From NCBI GenBank assembly GCA_048885525.1, contig JBHLLP010000019.1, positions 3,930 to 60,049 of the forward strand: a DNA stretch of 56,120 nucleotides, read 5' to 3'. The translations under genes were made by a program, and so were the position numbers. How positions within the stretch are numbered: the stretch's first letter is position 1; every line of letters begins with the position of its first letter. Shown in pieces: positions 30,016 to 38,883 of this stretch. The notes below the pieces were generated by a model. It searched no databases. It was not told the origin of the DNA and saw nothing but the letters and a program-made list of their open reading frames with translations. This DNA is from Candidatus Hermodarchaeota archaeon (lineage in GTDB: Archaea; Asgardarchaeota; Lokiarchaeia; Sigyniarchaeales; SOKP01).

Positions 30016-32166
30016 ATGTTTAGGTTTTCTCTTAAAAAGTTTATCTACTTGACAATCTTTCTGTTGGTTTTTTCTCCCTTAATCTCTATGTTTTTATCAT
30101 ATAATTTAGTAGATACAACAGACTATTCCTGGTCAGAAGATCCAAAAATCTCTAATGGAACCCTAGATATTGATATATCTATTATACCGGATATCGATTA
30201 TAGTTCATTAAATGATCTATGGTACAGACCTAAAATTGAAATGTTAATTATAACTCCAAATAGAACTGATTTTATCAATGCTGTCAATCCTTTGATGAAA
30301 TGGAAAAATGAAAAAGGTGTTAAAACAATTATCTTAAGTAATTTCAGTTTATATGAAGGTGTTGATGATGCAGAAAAAATTCGAAATATGATAAAATCAT
30401 ACTATGAAACTGAAAATATAAGATGGGTTCTTTTAGTTGGAGATATTCAAAATGCTCAAGGGGATATAATTCCAATAAGGAATGTTTATAATCCAGATGT
30501 AGCAAGGTGGGGGGATGGGAGAACTGAAACCATTGGTAGTGAATTATATAAACCAACAGATTATTATTATGCTGATCTTAATGGCACTTGGAATAGTGAT
30601 GGTGATGGGAATTGGGGAGAAAGCCCCACCAATCCGGATAATCCGAATAATCCGGATAATGCTTATGGATTAGATGAAATTTCATGGGACCCAGAAGTTT
30701 ATGTAGGGAGATTTCCAGCGGATAATGCCAATGAACTCGAGATTATGGTAAATAAGACATTGAAATATGAGAAAAATCCAAATATTGGTGATTGGATGAA
30801 TAGTATGTTGTTAGCAGGAGGAATATCTGATTATCCTAGTGGTTCTGATCCTGATGGCGAATTTGAAAGCCGCTTAACAAGTTATATAATTGAAAATTAT
30901 GCTATAAATGAATTGAATTATACTCATCTAGTGGAGGAAGGAGGCAATCTTACCCAATCAAGTCTCGATAATTATTTTAATAATGGGTTTTCTACAGTAT
31001 TAATGGCAGGTCATGGACTTCCAGCAGCATACTATAGAAATCCTAATGCAGTTGGATATCGTTCATCGGATGCTAGTAGTAGCACAAATGATTATATGCC
31101 TTCTCTTGTGTATTTGGATGCTTGTTCAACGTCGAGTTATGATTTTAGTGATGACAGTATTGGTGAAACATTAATAAAAAAAGAAAATGGTGGTGCGATC
31201 GGGGTTATTGGAGGATTAAGAGTTACTTGGTATTTTGAAAATGATTATAATCTCCAGATGTTAAATCGTGGAAATGCAAAATTATTCTGGAAAGAATTTT
31301 TTATTAACAAAAAGTTTCAACAAGGAAGGGCTCTTTATGATTCAAAAGTTGCATATATGAATAGCGATCATTATACCAAGAGTTTTGGCTCAACAGCATT
31401 AGATTTTGAACGTAAACAGCTTTTAACTTATTGTCTTTTAGGCGATCCTGAGTTAGATATCTATACTAATAAACCAAAAATAGCATTAAATCCATTTACC
31501 GAAGATATATATGAAGGTCAGTTAGTTTCTATAACGATAAAAGATGTTAATAATAACGTGGTTCCTTATGCAAGAGTTCATTTAAGAAGTTTTGATGGAA
31601 AATATCATACTGCTTATGCGGATGTCAATGGTTTAGTGAAATTTCGTGTTCCTGCTCAAGCAAATGAGTTATATAATGTGACAATTACAGGACATAATTT
31701 AATCCCATCTTATTTCAATTTTACAACACTTTCTGATAATGTATTACCTCAGTTGCTTGGAATAGGATGGAGCCCGAAGAGTCCGACGATCTCAGACATA
31801 ACAACTTTTAATATTGAAACTGATGATAACAAATCCGGGATAGAATGTGTATATGTATATTTATCTAAAAATAATTTTATTGACTATAAATACTATGGAA
31901 TAGCTAATAGTATTGAAGAAAATAACGAATTATTGTCCATTATTACTGAAAGATTAACTCCAGGTGAATACTCTTATTTTATTGTCTCGAGGGATTATGC
32001 TAATAATACAGCTCTTTTTTATAATTCTGACTTCTACTTTTCAATACCTAAACCTATAATTTATTATATAATTCCTGTCTCATTAGTTATAGTTATCGCT
32101 ATAGTGGGAATATCTTTTTTAATACTTTATAATGGTTTAAAAATGTATTCACACATTTTCAAATAA
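30016..32166 (+). CDS. peptidase C25 (gingipain) family, membrane-anchored
   Basis: WKNEKG, WVLLVGD, TDYYYADL, VYVGRFP, catalytic GHG and AC, GGAIGVIG, LLGDP; terminal TM helices. Confidence 0.9.
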   Translation: MFRFSLKKFIYLTIFLLVFSPLISMFLSYNLVDTTDYSWSEDPKISNGTLDIDISIIPDIDYSSLNDLWYRPKIEMLIITPNRTDFINAVNPLMKWKNEKGVKTIILSNFSLYEGVDDAEKIRNMIKSYYETENIRWVLLVGDIQNAQGDIIPIRNVYNPDVARWGDGRTETIGSELYKPTDYYYADLNGTWNSDGDGNWGESPTNPDNPNNPDNAYGLDEISWDPEVYVGRFPADNANELEIMVNKTLKYEKNPNIGDWMNSMLLAGGISDYPSGSDPDGEFESRLTSYIIENYAINELNYTHLVEEGGNLTQSSLDNYFNNGFSTVLMAGHGLPAAYYRNPNAVGYRSSDASSSTNDYMPSLVYLDACSTSSYDFSDDSIGETLIKKENGGAIGVIGGLRVTWYFENDYNLQMLNRGNAKLFWKEFFINKKFQQGRALYDSKVAYMNSDHYTKSFGSTALDFERKQLLTYCLLGDPELDIYTNKPKIALNPFTEDIYEGQLVSITIKDVNNNVVPYARVHLRSFDGKYHTAYADVNGLVKFRVPAQANELYNVTITGHNLIPSYFNFTTLSDNVLPQLLGIGWSPKSPTISDITTFNIETDDNKSGIECVYVYLSKNNFIDYKYYGIANSIEENNELLSIITERLTPGEYSYFIVSRDYANNTALFYNSDFYFSIPKPIIYYIIPVSLVIVIAIVGISFLILYNGLKMYSHIFK

Positions 32167-32198
32167 AATTTACATTACTTTCAAAACGACTAGAACAT

Positions 32199-32750
32199 TT
32201 AATCTTCTCTAGATTTATCTCTTTTTAGCTCTAAAAGGTATGAAATTGAATTAACAGTGCCTAAAATCCCTTGGATAATTAGAGCTAAAGCTATCAAAAA
32301 TACAGCTAAATAATCATTAAATACAAATAAAAAAATTATAATGAAAGTGCCTGCTAAAGTAAAATTCAATATAGAAGCGAATTCACTGACAATTATTTTC
32401 CATTTTTTGGATTTTTTTAATCTAACTTTAATTTCTTTTTGATACTGCTCTTCACCAGATTCCTTAACATACCAACTCCCCTCAATATTATTAGCAAATA
32501 GAAAAAGACTCCACCAAAATATGAAAAAACCAAAATAAAAATCCAAAGATCCTAACACTACAATTGGAATCTGCATTAAAATCATGCCTTTCCAACCAAT
32601 ACGTTTTGCGATTCTGTTAGTTTCAAGTTTTAATTCTTTTGTAACATATCTTGTACTCAGCATATCAAGAGTTCTAGCTATTATTGTAATAAATGCATTC
32701 AACAGAAATTGATACCAATGAGAATCCTGATGGATTAATTGAAAGAACAT
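32199..32750 (-). CDS. hypothetical membrane protein
   Basis: 4-5 hydrophobic segments, DMLST...ETN motif. Confidence 0.6.
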   Translation of the reverse strand: MFFQLIHQDSHWYQFLLNAFITIIARTLDMLSTRYVTKELKLETNRIAKRIGWKGMILMQIPIVVLGSLDFYFGFFIFWWSLFLFANNIEGSWYVKESGEEQYQKEIKVRLKKSKKWKIIVSEFASILNFTLAGTFIIIFLFVFNDYLAVFLIALALIIQGILGTVNSISYLLELKRDKSRED

Positions 32751-32782
32751 TATGACATATTCCCTCCTTGTTTAATCCTTTT

Positions 32783-32809
32783 AAACTTGACGGTCCGTCC
32801 AAAAAGTTT
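32783..32809. promoter_or_regulatory. palindromic candidate operator AAACTT-GACGG-T-CCGTC-N4-AAGTTT
   Basis: GC-rich palindrome in an AT-rich intergenic region upstream of the 32750 gene. Confidence 0.35.
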
Positions 32810-32874
32810 AATTATTATCTTTTATTATTCCTATTTACTTATAACCATATATAAGTAAGTATTTTCTTATAAAA

Positions 32875-32897
32875 TAACCGACCTTATATAACGGTTA
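32875..32897 (+). promoter_or_regulatory. TATA box (TTATATAA 32884-32891) of the 5S precursor, bracketed by inverted repeat TAACCG/CGGTTA
   Basis: About 20-25 nt upstream of the precursor stem that starts at 32909. Confidence 0.5.
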
Positions 32898-32908
32898 AAA
32901 ACAACGAT

Positions 32909-33122
32909 TATAACCACATAAATTAGTAGCAGTTCGCTACGGCGCCGGAACCATCCGAACCCGGAAGTTAAACTTGTATTATGTTGTAGATAGTACTGTA
33001 GTTGCGAATTACAGACCATAACGGTCTGAAAGTAGAGTCTATGGGAAACTACAAACTGTAAGTTAGCTTACGGTCATGGTATACAAGGAAAATACCCGGT
33101 CACGCTTTTTTATGTGGTTATA
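32909..33122 (+). repeat. 14-bp perfect inverted repeat (processing stem) enclosing the permuted 5S gene
   Basis: TATAACCACATAAA (32909-32922) / TTTATGTGGTTATA (33109-33122); leader hairpin GTAGC-AGTTC-GCTAC at 32926-32940. Confidence 0.85.
32951..33101 (+). rRNA. rrf: 5S rRNA, circularly permuted gene (3' segment 32951-33064 precedes 5' segment ~33065-33101)
   Basis: Conserved CCATCCGAACCCGGAAGTTAA, loop-E AGTA/GGGAAA, helix I ACTGTAAG/CTTACGGT, helix II ATACAAG/CTTGTAT, helix III CCGG/CCGG, stems TTGTAG/CTACAA and CTGTAG/CTATGG. Confidence 0.92.
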
Positions 33123-33215
33123 CATGCTTATCTTTTTATAATTTTACCTAAAATTAAGTTTTTAAACTATTAATTATATCTTTATTTAATATTTAATGAT
33201 TCTTAATCTAAAACC

Positions 33216-33758
33216 TTGCCAAAAAAATACATAGTAATTATAAAGACTATTGGTCGAAGTTGGTTTATTATTCTGGTAGCTATTATAATTATTGTAGCTA
33301 TTTATAATCCAATTGCAGCAATTTGGATGTCCGGAATTACTTTAGTCTTGTTTCTATTATCTTATGTCCCGAGATTGTTTTTTAAAAATAAAATTCATAA
33401 ATTCATGAAAAAATTTTATAAAATTGAGGATGAATTAATCGCAAGAAAATTTAATAAGCCAATAAAAAAAATTCAAGAAGAATTGTTTGAATTATCTCAA
33501 AATCAAGAAAAAAAACCATGGCTAGTCGCCTTCTTAAATAAACAGTACGTTTTTTATCATCAGAAAACAATTGAAAAATTTATCGAACTCTATAATAAAG
33601 GCTATAGTGAAAAAGAAATCCTTGATAATTTAAAAAATTTTAAAGTTGTTACTAAAGCCGAAATTAAGACCATTAAGGAAAGTTTAATTAAACTTAATAG
33701 ACTTAGTGAAAGAGAAATCTCAGTAAAAGAACGTAGAGATCAACAAAGATTTGCCTAA
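33216..33758 (+). CDS. hypothetical membrane protein (2 TM + basic cytoplasmic domain)
   Basis: 180-aa ORF with an N-terminal TM hairpin. Confidence 0.6.
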   Translation: MPKKYIVIIKTIGRSWFIILVAIIIIVAIYNPIAAIWMSGITLVLFLLSYVPRLFFKNKIHKFMKKFYKIEDELIARKFNKPIKKIQEELFELSQNQEKKPWLVAFLNKQYVFYHQKTIEKFIELYNKGYSEKEILDNLKNFKVVTKAEIKTIKESLIKLNRLSEREISVKERRDQQRFA

Positions 33759-33773
33759 ATAAATTTAAAAGAT

Positions 33774-34247
33774 TTATCGTCTTTTTCTTCCCTCTTTAAC
33801 AGCAGAAAATTCAATAAGTATTCCCATAAAGGATTGTGTATCCACATATGCATATTTTAGACCAATTATTCTGCCACTTTGTAATACTCCAATGCCTTCT
33901 TCCTTAAATTTTTCTATAACAGCTTCTAAATCATCAACGTCATAGCGTATATGATGTATACCTTCTCTCCCTTGATCTAAAAACTCTTGATGAATAGATT
34001 CTCCACTTTCGGGTTGTACTAATTCAATTTCGACTCCATTAAATATTGTACTAAAAGCGGCAGTAACTGTCCATTTCGTCTCCTTTCCTCGAAGCACAAT
34101 TTTCATTTCTAGTGGACCTAATACAGTGAATTTGGGGATGCCAAAAAATTGCTCCATTAAACTTGCTTGTTTCTTAATATCTTTATATACATAACCTAAT
34201 TGACTGATTTTTAGAGCATCAAAATTAAAACTAATAACGTTCTGCAT
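33774..34247 (-). CDS. VOC/glyoxalase family (methylmalonyl-CoA epimerase-like)
   Basis: SQLGYVYKD, EIELVQP, FLDQGREGIHHI, YAYVDT, LIEF. Confidence 0.85.
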   Translation of the reverse strand: MQNVISFNFDALKISQLGYVYKDIKKQASLMEQFFGIPKFTVLGPLEMKIVLRGKETKWTVTAAFSTIFNGVEIELVQPESGESIHQEFLDQGREGIHHIRYDVDDLEAVIEKFKEEGIGVLQSGRIIGLKYAYVDTQSFMGILIEFSAVKEGRKRR

Positions 34248-34356
34248 TTTAATTGTCCTTATTTCTAATTTTAATTGATTATAATTGTTTGAATTTGTAT
34301 AAATAGATTTATATCAAATTAAAAGAAGAATAAAAAATGAAATTTAAAAACTTAAG

Positions 34357-34650
34357 TTAATCAATCTCTCCAAAATCTAAATCGAAACTAAAGTATTTTC
34401 TTATTGGTTTTTTTACATTCCAAACACACTTCAATCCTTTTTCAAATTGGACGATGTCACCCTTCTTGAATTCGATTTTTTCGCCAGTATCGGAATCTGT
34501 AACTTCCACTTCTCCATCTAAGATATAACAAGTTTCAGTATCACCATAAGACCAATCGAATTCACTAACTTCCTTGCTCCATGTTCCCCATGATTTTACA
34601 TTTAATCTATCCAAATCTCCTTCAGTAGGAATTTTTTTTTTCATTTTCAT
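34357..34650 (-). CDS. cupin (DUF861/EutQ-like) protein
   Basis: WGTWSKEVSEFDWSY..TETCYILDGEV...FKKGDIVQF.KGLKCVW. Confidence 0.85.
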   Translation of the reverse strand: MKMKKKIPTEGDLDRLNVKSWGTWSKEVSEFDWSYGDTETCYILDGEVEVTDSDTGEKIEFKKGDIVQFEKGLKCVWNVKKPIRKYFSFDLDFGEID

Positions 34651-34958
34651 AATAAATCACACTAGAATTATATCTATTAATTTTATTAGAAAAAGACTGG
34701 GAAATATTATTGTACGGACATTAATAAAATTTATTTTCAAAATCTTTTTTTATAATTTAAATTTGAAAAAAACAATAAAACACTAAAATAAAAAATTATT
34801 ATTCAATTAAACTAATTTCAAATTATCGTTTCAAAAAAGAATATTAAATCGTATAAAGATTATAATTATAATATATAAAATTAATAATCTTATAAAAGAA
34901 GCTCCAGAAGATCAATAATTTAATCTAACTGCCCAAAACTAATTACGAGAATATTGAA

Positions 34959-35480
34959 ATGCCTCAGAAGTTCATCTTAAAGATCTTGACAGCAGGGGAG
35001 GGAGGAGTAGGTAAAACCACGCTCCTCCATCGTTATGTGGAGGGAAAGTTCTCAGCCGATACGAAAATGACTATAGGAGTTGAGTTTTTCTTGAAAGAGA
35101 CTATAATTGATTCCAAACAATGCACTCTGCAACTCTGGGATTTTGGTGGCCAAGAAAGATTTCGCTTTTTACTTGAAAGTTATGTATTAGGAGCAAAGGG
35201 CGCACTTCTTATGTTTGACCTTACCCGTTTAACCACATTAGAGAATTTGCAACAATGGATCAATATTGTGCGTAAAGGTGATCCTCATCTCCCTGTTCTC
35301 TTTTTAGGGACAAAATTGGATTTAGCAGAAGAGATTATGGTTGATGATGATTATGCAATGTCATTTTTAAATGAATTCAATTTAATTGACTTCATGAAAA
35401 TCTCTTCAAAGACGGGCGAAAATGTTTCGGAAGCTTTTGATATTTTAACAAGAAAAATATTAGAGCGTCAAGCCTATTGA
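34959..35480 (+). CDS. Rab/Ras-like small GTPase
   Basis: GEGGVGKT, TIGVEF, WDFGGQERF, TKLD, SSK; no C-terminal prenylation Cys. Confidence 0.92.
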   Translation: MPQKFILKILTAGEGGVGKTTLLHRYVEGKFSADTKMTIGVEFFLKETIIDSKQCTLQLWDFGGQERFRFLLESYVLGAKGALLMFDLTRLTTLENLQQWINIVRKGDPHLPVLFLGTKLDLAEEIMVDDDYAMSFLNEFNLIDFMKISSKTGENVSEAFDILTRKILERQAY

Positions 35481-35920
35481 AATATAATACAAATTTAATC
35501 ATTCTTGATTCTAATTTCATTTTACTTCCTATTCAGTTTAAAATTGATTATTTTAGTGAGATTAGAAGTATTTTAGAAGGACAACTCAGATTTATTGTAT
35601 TTCAACAAATTTTAGATGAATTAAATTCAAAAAGGAAAAGAGAACCAAAAGGGAATAAATTTATAAGATTACTTGAAAGCGGTTTAGAATTCCTAAAAAA
35701 AAGTAAAGAAAAATACAACATTGAAATAATGGAAGAAGTTAAAAAAGACATTGAAAAAACTGATGAATTTTTAATAAGGATGTCAGTGAAACTTCAAAAT
35801 CTAGGTCATAATGTATATTTAGCAACAAATGATTCAGAATTGCGTAGAAAAGCGAAACAATTAAATATTGGTGTGATATTTCTAAGACAAAAGAAATACT
35901 TATCTGTAGAAAGAGCATAA
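35477..35920 (+). CDS. PIN-domain nuclease, Fcf1/Utp24-like
   Basis: ILDSNF, ILDEL, TDEFL, LATNDSELRRKA...IFLRQK; TTGA overlap with the GTPase stop. Confidence 0.8.
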   Translation: MKYNTNLIILDSNFILLPIQFKIDYFSEIRSILEGQLRFIVFQQILDELNSKRKREPKGNKFIRLLESGLEFLKKSKEKYNIEIMEEVKKDIEKTDEFLIRMSVKLQNLGHNVYLATNDSELRRKAKQLNIGVIFLRQKKYLSVERA

Positions 35921-36046
35921 AATATTAATAATAATACTATAAAATTATTAATATCTTTTAGAATATAATCTTAATTTGAAAATCTTCATTTATAATTCAC
36001 AACTATAAATAGAGATTAACTCTAAATATTATCTAAAAAAATAACT

Positions 36047-36577
36047 ATGTTAAAAAGAAAGAACCCCAAACCAATTTTGCTTAAAATAATCACATGTGGA
36101 GAAGGAGGGGTTGGAAAGACCACACTCCTACACAGATACATTGAAGGTGTTTTTCTCCCAAACTCTTTAATGACAATAGGAGTCGAATTTCACATCAAAG
36201 AACTTGAAATTGAAGGCAATAAGATTCTTCTTCAAATATGGGATTTTGGAGGTCAAGAAAGGTTTAGGTTCTTGCTTAAAAATTATGCAGCTGGAGCAAG
36301 AGGGGCAATTATGTTATTTGACCTCACCAGACTATCAACCTTACAGCGAATTGAACAATGGGTTGATATTTGTAGAGAAAAAAATCCAGACATTCCAATT
36401 ATATTTTTAGGCACAAAATTGGATTTGATCAAAACAGAAACGATTGATGATATATTTGCCGAAAAAATTATGGAGGAATATAATTTTTTTAATTATTTAA
36501 AAATATCATCCAAAACAGGAGAGAACGTGAATTTAGCTTTTGAATCATTAGCAAAAGAACTTGTAAAAGACTTGTAA
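36047..36577 (+). CDS. Rab/Ras-like small GTPase
   Basis: GEGGVGKT, TIGVEF, WDFGGQERF, TKLD, SSK; paralogue of 34959. Confidence 0.92.
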   Translation: MLKRKNPKPILLKIITCGEGGVGKTTLLHRYIEGVFLPNSLMTIGVEFHIKELEIEGNKILLQIWDFGGQERFRFLLKNYAAGARGAIMLFDLTRLSTLQRIEQWVDICREKNPDIPIIFLGTKLDLIKTETIDDIFAEKIMEEYNFFNYLKISSKTGENVNLAFESLAKELVKDL

Positions 36578-36604
36578 TTGCTTAATATCTAATATTTTTA
36601 TTCC

Positions 36605-37792
36605 TTATATTCTATTTAGAACTATATTTTTTATATTTTCATTATTTAACTTAACTGGATTATTTTTTAATCCCACATTTTCTACTATTTTATTAACATC
36701 TTTAATCTCAATATCATATTTTCCTAAGCGATCAATTTTTAATTCATCGGTCCATTTTTCAAGTGTGTTGATTAATTTTGCGCAATATTCACCTATTCTA
36801 TCCTCTTCAACTTGACATTTACCAGCTAGCAGGGCTCCTATCTGTGCATATTTCCTTAAGGTTGGCTTACTTTCAATTCCCTGCTTTTGTAATATTTCAA
36901 TATTCATCTTCGTTGCTTCAAAAAGAAGCGTGCCACATACTACTCCGTGTGGAATTTTGAAAAATCCTCCAATTGGAGAAGCTAAGCCATGGATTATTCC
37001 CAAGCCCGCATTAGCAAGAGCTATTCCCGACATTAGTGATCCATATGCCACTGCTGTGCGAATATTCACGTCTGATGCTCCATTTGAACATGCTAATAAC
37101 AAATTTTCACTTATAAATTTAATACCACTATATGCTAAAGCATCTGTCATTGGACTTGCTTTTGAAGAAACATATGCTTCAAGGAGTTGTGTAAAAGCAT
37201 CCATTCCACATGCAGCAGAAATAGAAGGTGGACAGGAAATCATAAGTTTGGGGTCAATAATCGCTATATTTGGTATTAAATTATCGTGACGAAGTGATTT
37301 TTTAAAACCATCGGGACCAATTTCACTAATCACTGCGTTTTTTGTAGCTTCACTTCCAGTACCTGAAGTTGTAGGGATAGCGATATATGGCACTTTCTTA
37401 CCATCATGAACTTTATTTCCCACTCCTTCAAGATAATTTTTAATAGAATCATCTTTTGTTAACATAGCCGAAATTGCTTTTCCTGCGTCAGTAACACTTC
37501 CTCCACCAATACCAACAATCAAGTCAAGATTTTTATTCCTGAATTTAAATGTTATTTCATCAATAAGAGACGGTGATGGTTCCCCTGAAATCGATATAGA
37601 TGCAAAATTAATTGATTTACTCGCTAGCTTGGAAAAAATTTCATTCCATTTGCCTGATTGATTAAGTGAACTTCCTCCAATAACGAATAATACATTATTT
37701 CCAAATTTTGGAATAATATCATAAAGATCATCTAATTTACCAGCTCCAAAAATAATGTGTGGGATATTAGCAAAACTAAAAGGAGAAATCAT
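36605..37792 (-). CDS. iron-containing alcohol dehydrogenase
   Basis: GGGSVTDAGK, PTTSGTGSEAT, GMDAFTQLLE, GIIHG, IPHG. Confidence 0.92.
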   Translation of the reverse strand: MISPFSFANIPHIIFGAGKLDDLYDIIPKFGNNVLFVIGGSSLNQSGKWNEIFSKLASKSINFASISISGEPSPSLIDEITFKFRNKNLDLIVGIGGGSVTDAGKAISAMLTKDDSIKNYLEGVGNKVHDGKKVPYIAIPTTSGTGSEATKNAVISEIGPDGFKKSLRHDNLIPNIAIIDPKLMISCPPSISAACGMDAFTQLLEAYVSSKASPMTDALAYSGIKFISENLLLACSNGASDVNIRTAVAYGSLMSGIALANAGLGIIHGLASPIGGFFKIPHGVVCGTLLFEATKMNIEILQKQGIESKPTLRKYAQIGALLAGKCQVEEDRIGEYCAKLINTLEKWTDELKIDRLGKYDIEIKDVNKIVENVGLKNNPVKLNNENIKNIVLNRI

Positions 37793-37974
37793 TTACTCTA
37801 CACTTCCATTTCTATTTATCCGCCATTCTGATAGTATTTATTTCGATTTATTATACAAAAAAATGCATAATAATTAAGTTTATCAAACTTTATATCTTTT
37901 TATAATGAGTAAGATTTATAATTTAATTTAGATAATTTGTTTTATAATAAAATTCAACGTGTTGGTGATTTACT

Positions 37975-38310
37975 ATCAAAAAAGTTCATGAAAATGATTT
38001 TGAGTACAGAGGTGGAAGCTCTGGAGTTAAATACTTAATGAGAGGTCCTTCTATAGATTGGGGTGTTATATCACTTAAACCTGGTGAATTAATGGGTGAA
38101 AAAGCACATGGACATAACTTTATTGATGAAACATTTTTTTTTATTGAAGGTGACGGGATTATGATTATTGATGATAAAGAATATGAGGCAAAAGAAGGGA
38201 CTGTTTTTCTTTGTGAACCAAAAGAAATGCATAATATAAGAAATGATTCTCATAAACCAATAAAGGTTGTTTTTATTAAAGGAGAATATAAACCTGAAGA
38301 TAAAATTTAG
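37975..38310 (+). CDS. cupin domain protein
   Basis: HGHNFIDETFFFIEG...EPKEMH; the frame extends upstream to ATC 37975 after GGTGA (KKVHENDFEYRGGSSGVKYLMRGP). Confidence 0.8.
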   Translation: MKKVHENDFEYRGGSSGVKYLMRGPSIDWGVISLKPGELMGEKAHGHNFIDETFFFIEGDGIMIIDDKEYEAKEGTVFLCEPKEMHNIRNDSHKPIKVVFIKGEYKPEDKI

Positions 38311-38343
38311 ATTAGAAATTTGTTTTAAAAGAGAGAAAAAAAG

Positions 38344-38718
38344 ATGGCAAAAAAAATGGGAAAACAAAAAAGAAAAGGCGCTGGAGAAGAGCCAGTAGTC
38401 ACTCGAGTAAAATTCCCAAATAAAAAGTTAGGAGAAATGTTTGGACGTGTCGTTGGAATTTTTGGTAATGATCGAATGGAAGTTTTTTGTGAAGATGGAA
38501 AACATAGAATAGGAAGAATAAGGGGAAAAATAAAGAAAAGAGTATGGATAAGGTTAGCTGATCTTGTTATTGTGAATCCATGGGATTGGGAGACTGAAAC
38601 TTCAGATAAAATGGGAAAATGTGAAATTACTTGGAGATATATGAAACATGAAATTTCTTGGCTTGAGCGAAAAAATAGGATTCCAGAGATTTTAAAAATA
38701 AATAATATACCTCTTTAA
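38344..38718 (+). CDS. eif1a: translation initiation factor aIF1A
   Basis: GEMFGRV...GNDRMEVFCEDGKHRIGRIRGKIKKRVWI..DLVIVNPWD...WRY. Confidence 0.92.
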   Translation: MAKKMGKQKRKGAGEEPVVTRVKFPNKKLGEMFGRVVGIFGNDRMEVFCEDGKHRIGRIRGKIKKRVWIRLADLVIVNPWDWETETSDKMGKCEITWRYMKHEISWLERKNRIPEILKINNIPL

Positions 38719-38883
38719 TTTGTAGGTATTAAAAAATTGTTAGATATAATTATAAAAACAGTCATAAGAAGGTTAAAATACAAAATCCTAGTAAAAAGCA
38801 AAATTTTTTAATTTTGTAAAATATTACTTATATATACTTATTTTCTAAAATTAATTTTAAAAAACCCAAATTCAATAAGATTC

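Noticed and set aside
30631-30660. 9-bp microrepeat AATCCGGAT/AATCCGAAT in the gingipain gene
   Set aside because: It encodes a short NPDNPNNPDN loop; in frame and too short to imply phase variation.
32951-33101. Tandem 5S array fragment or broken 5S pseudogene
   Set aside because: No part of the 5S sequence is duplicated or missing, all helices pair, the halves are fused by only a 4-nt loop, and the ends lie exactly at predicted BHB cut sites inside a dedicated stem.
37793-37840. Tiny uORFs upstream of the alcohol dehydrogenase (ATG GCG GAT AAA TAG; ATG GAA GTG TAG)
   Set aside because: Expected by chance; no supporting SD or structure.
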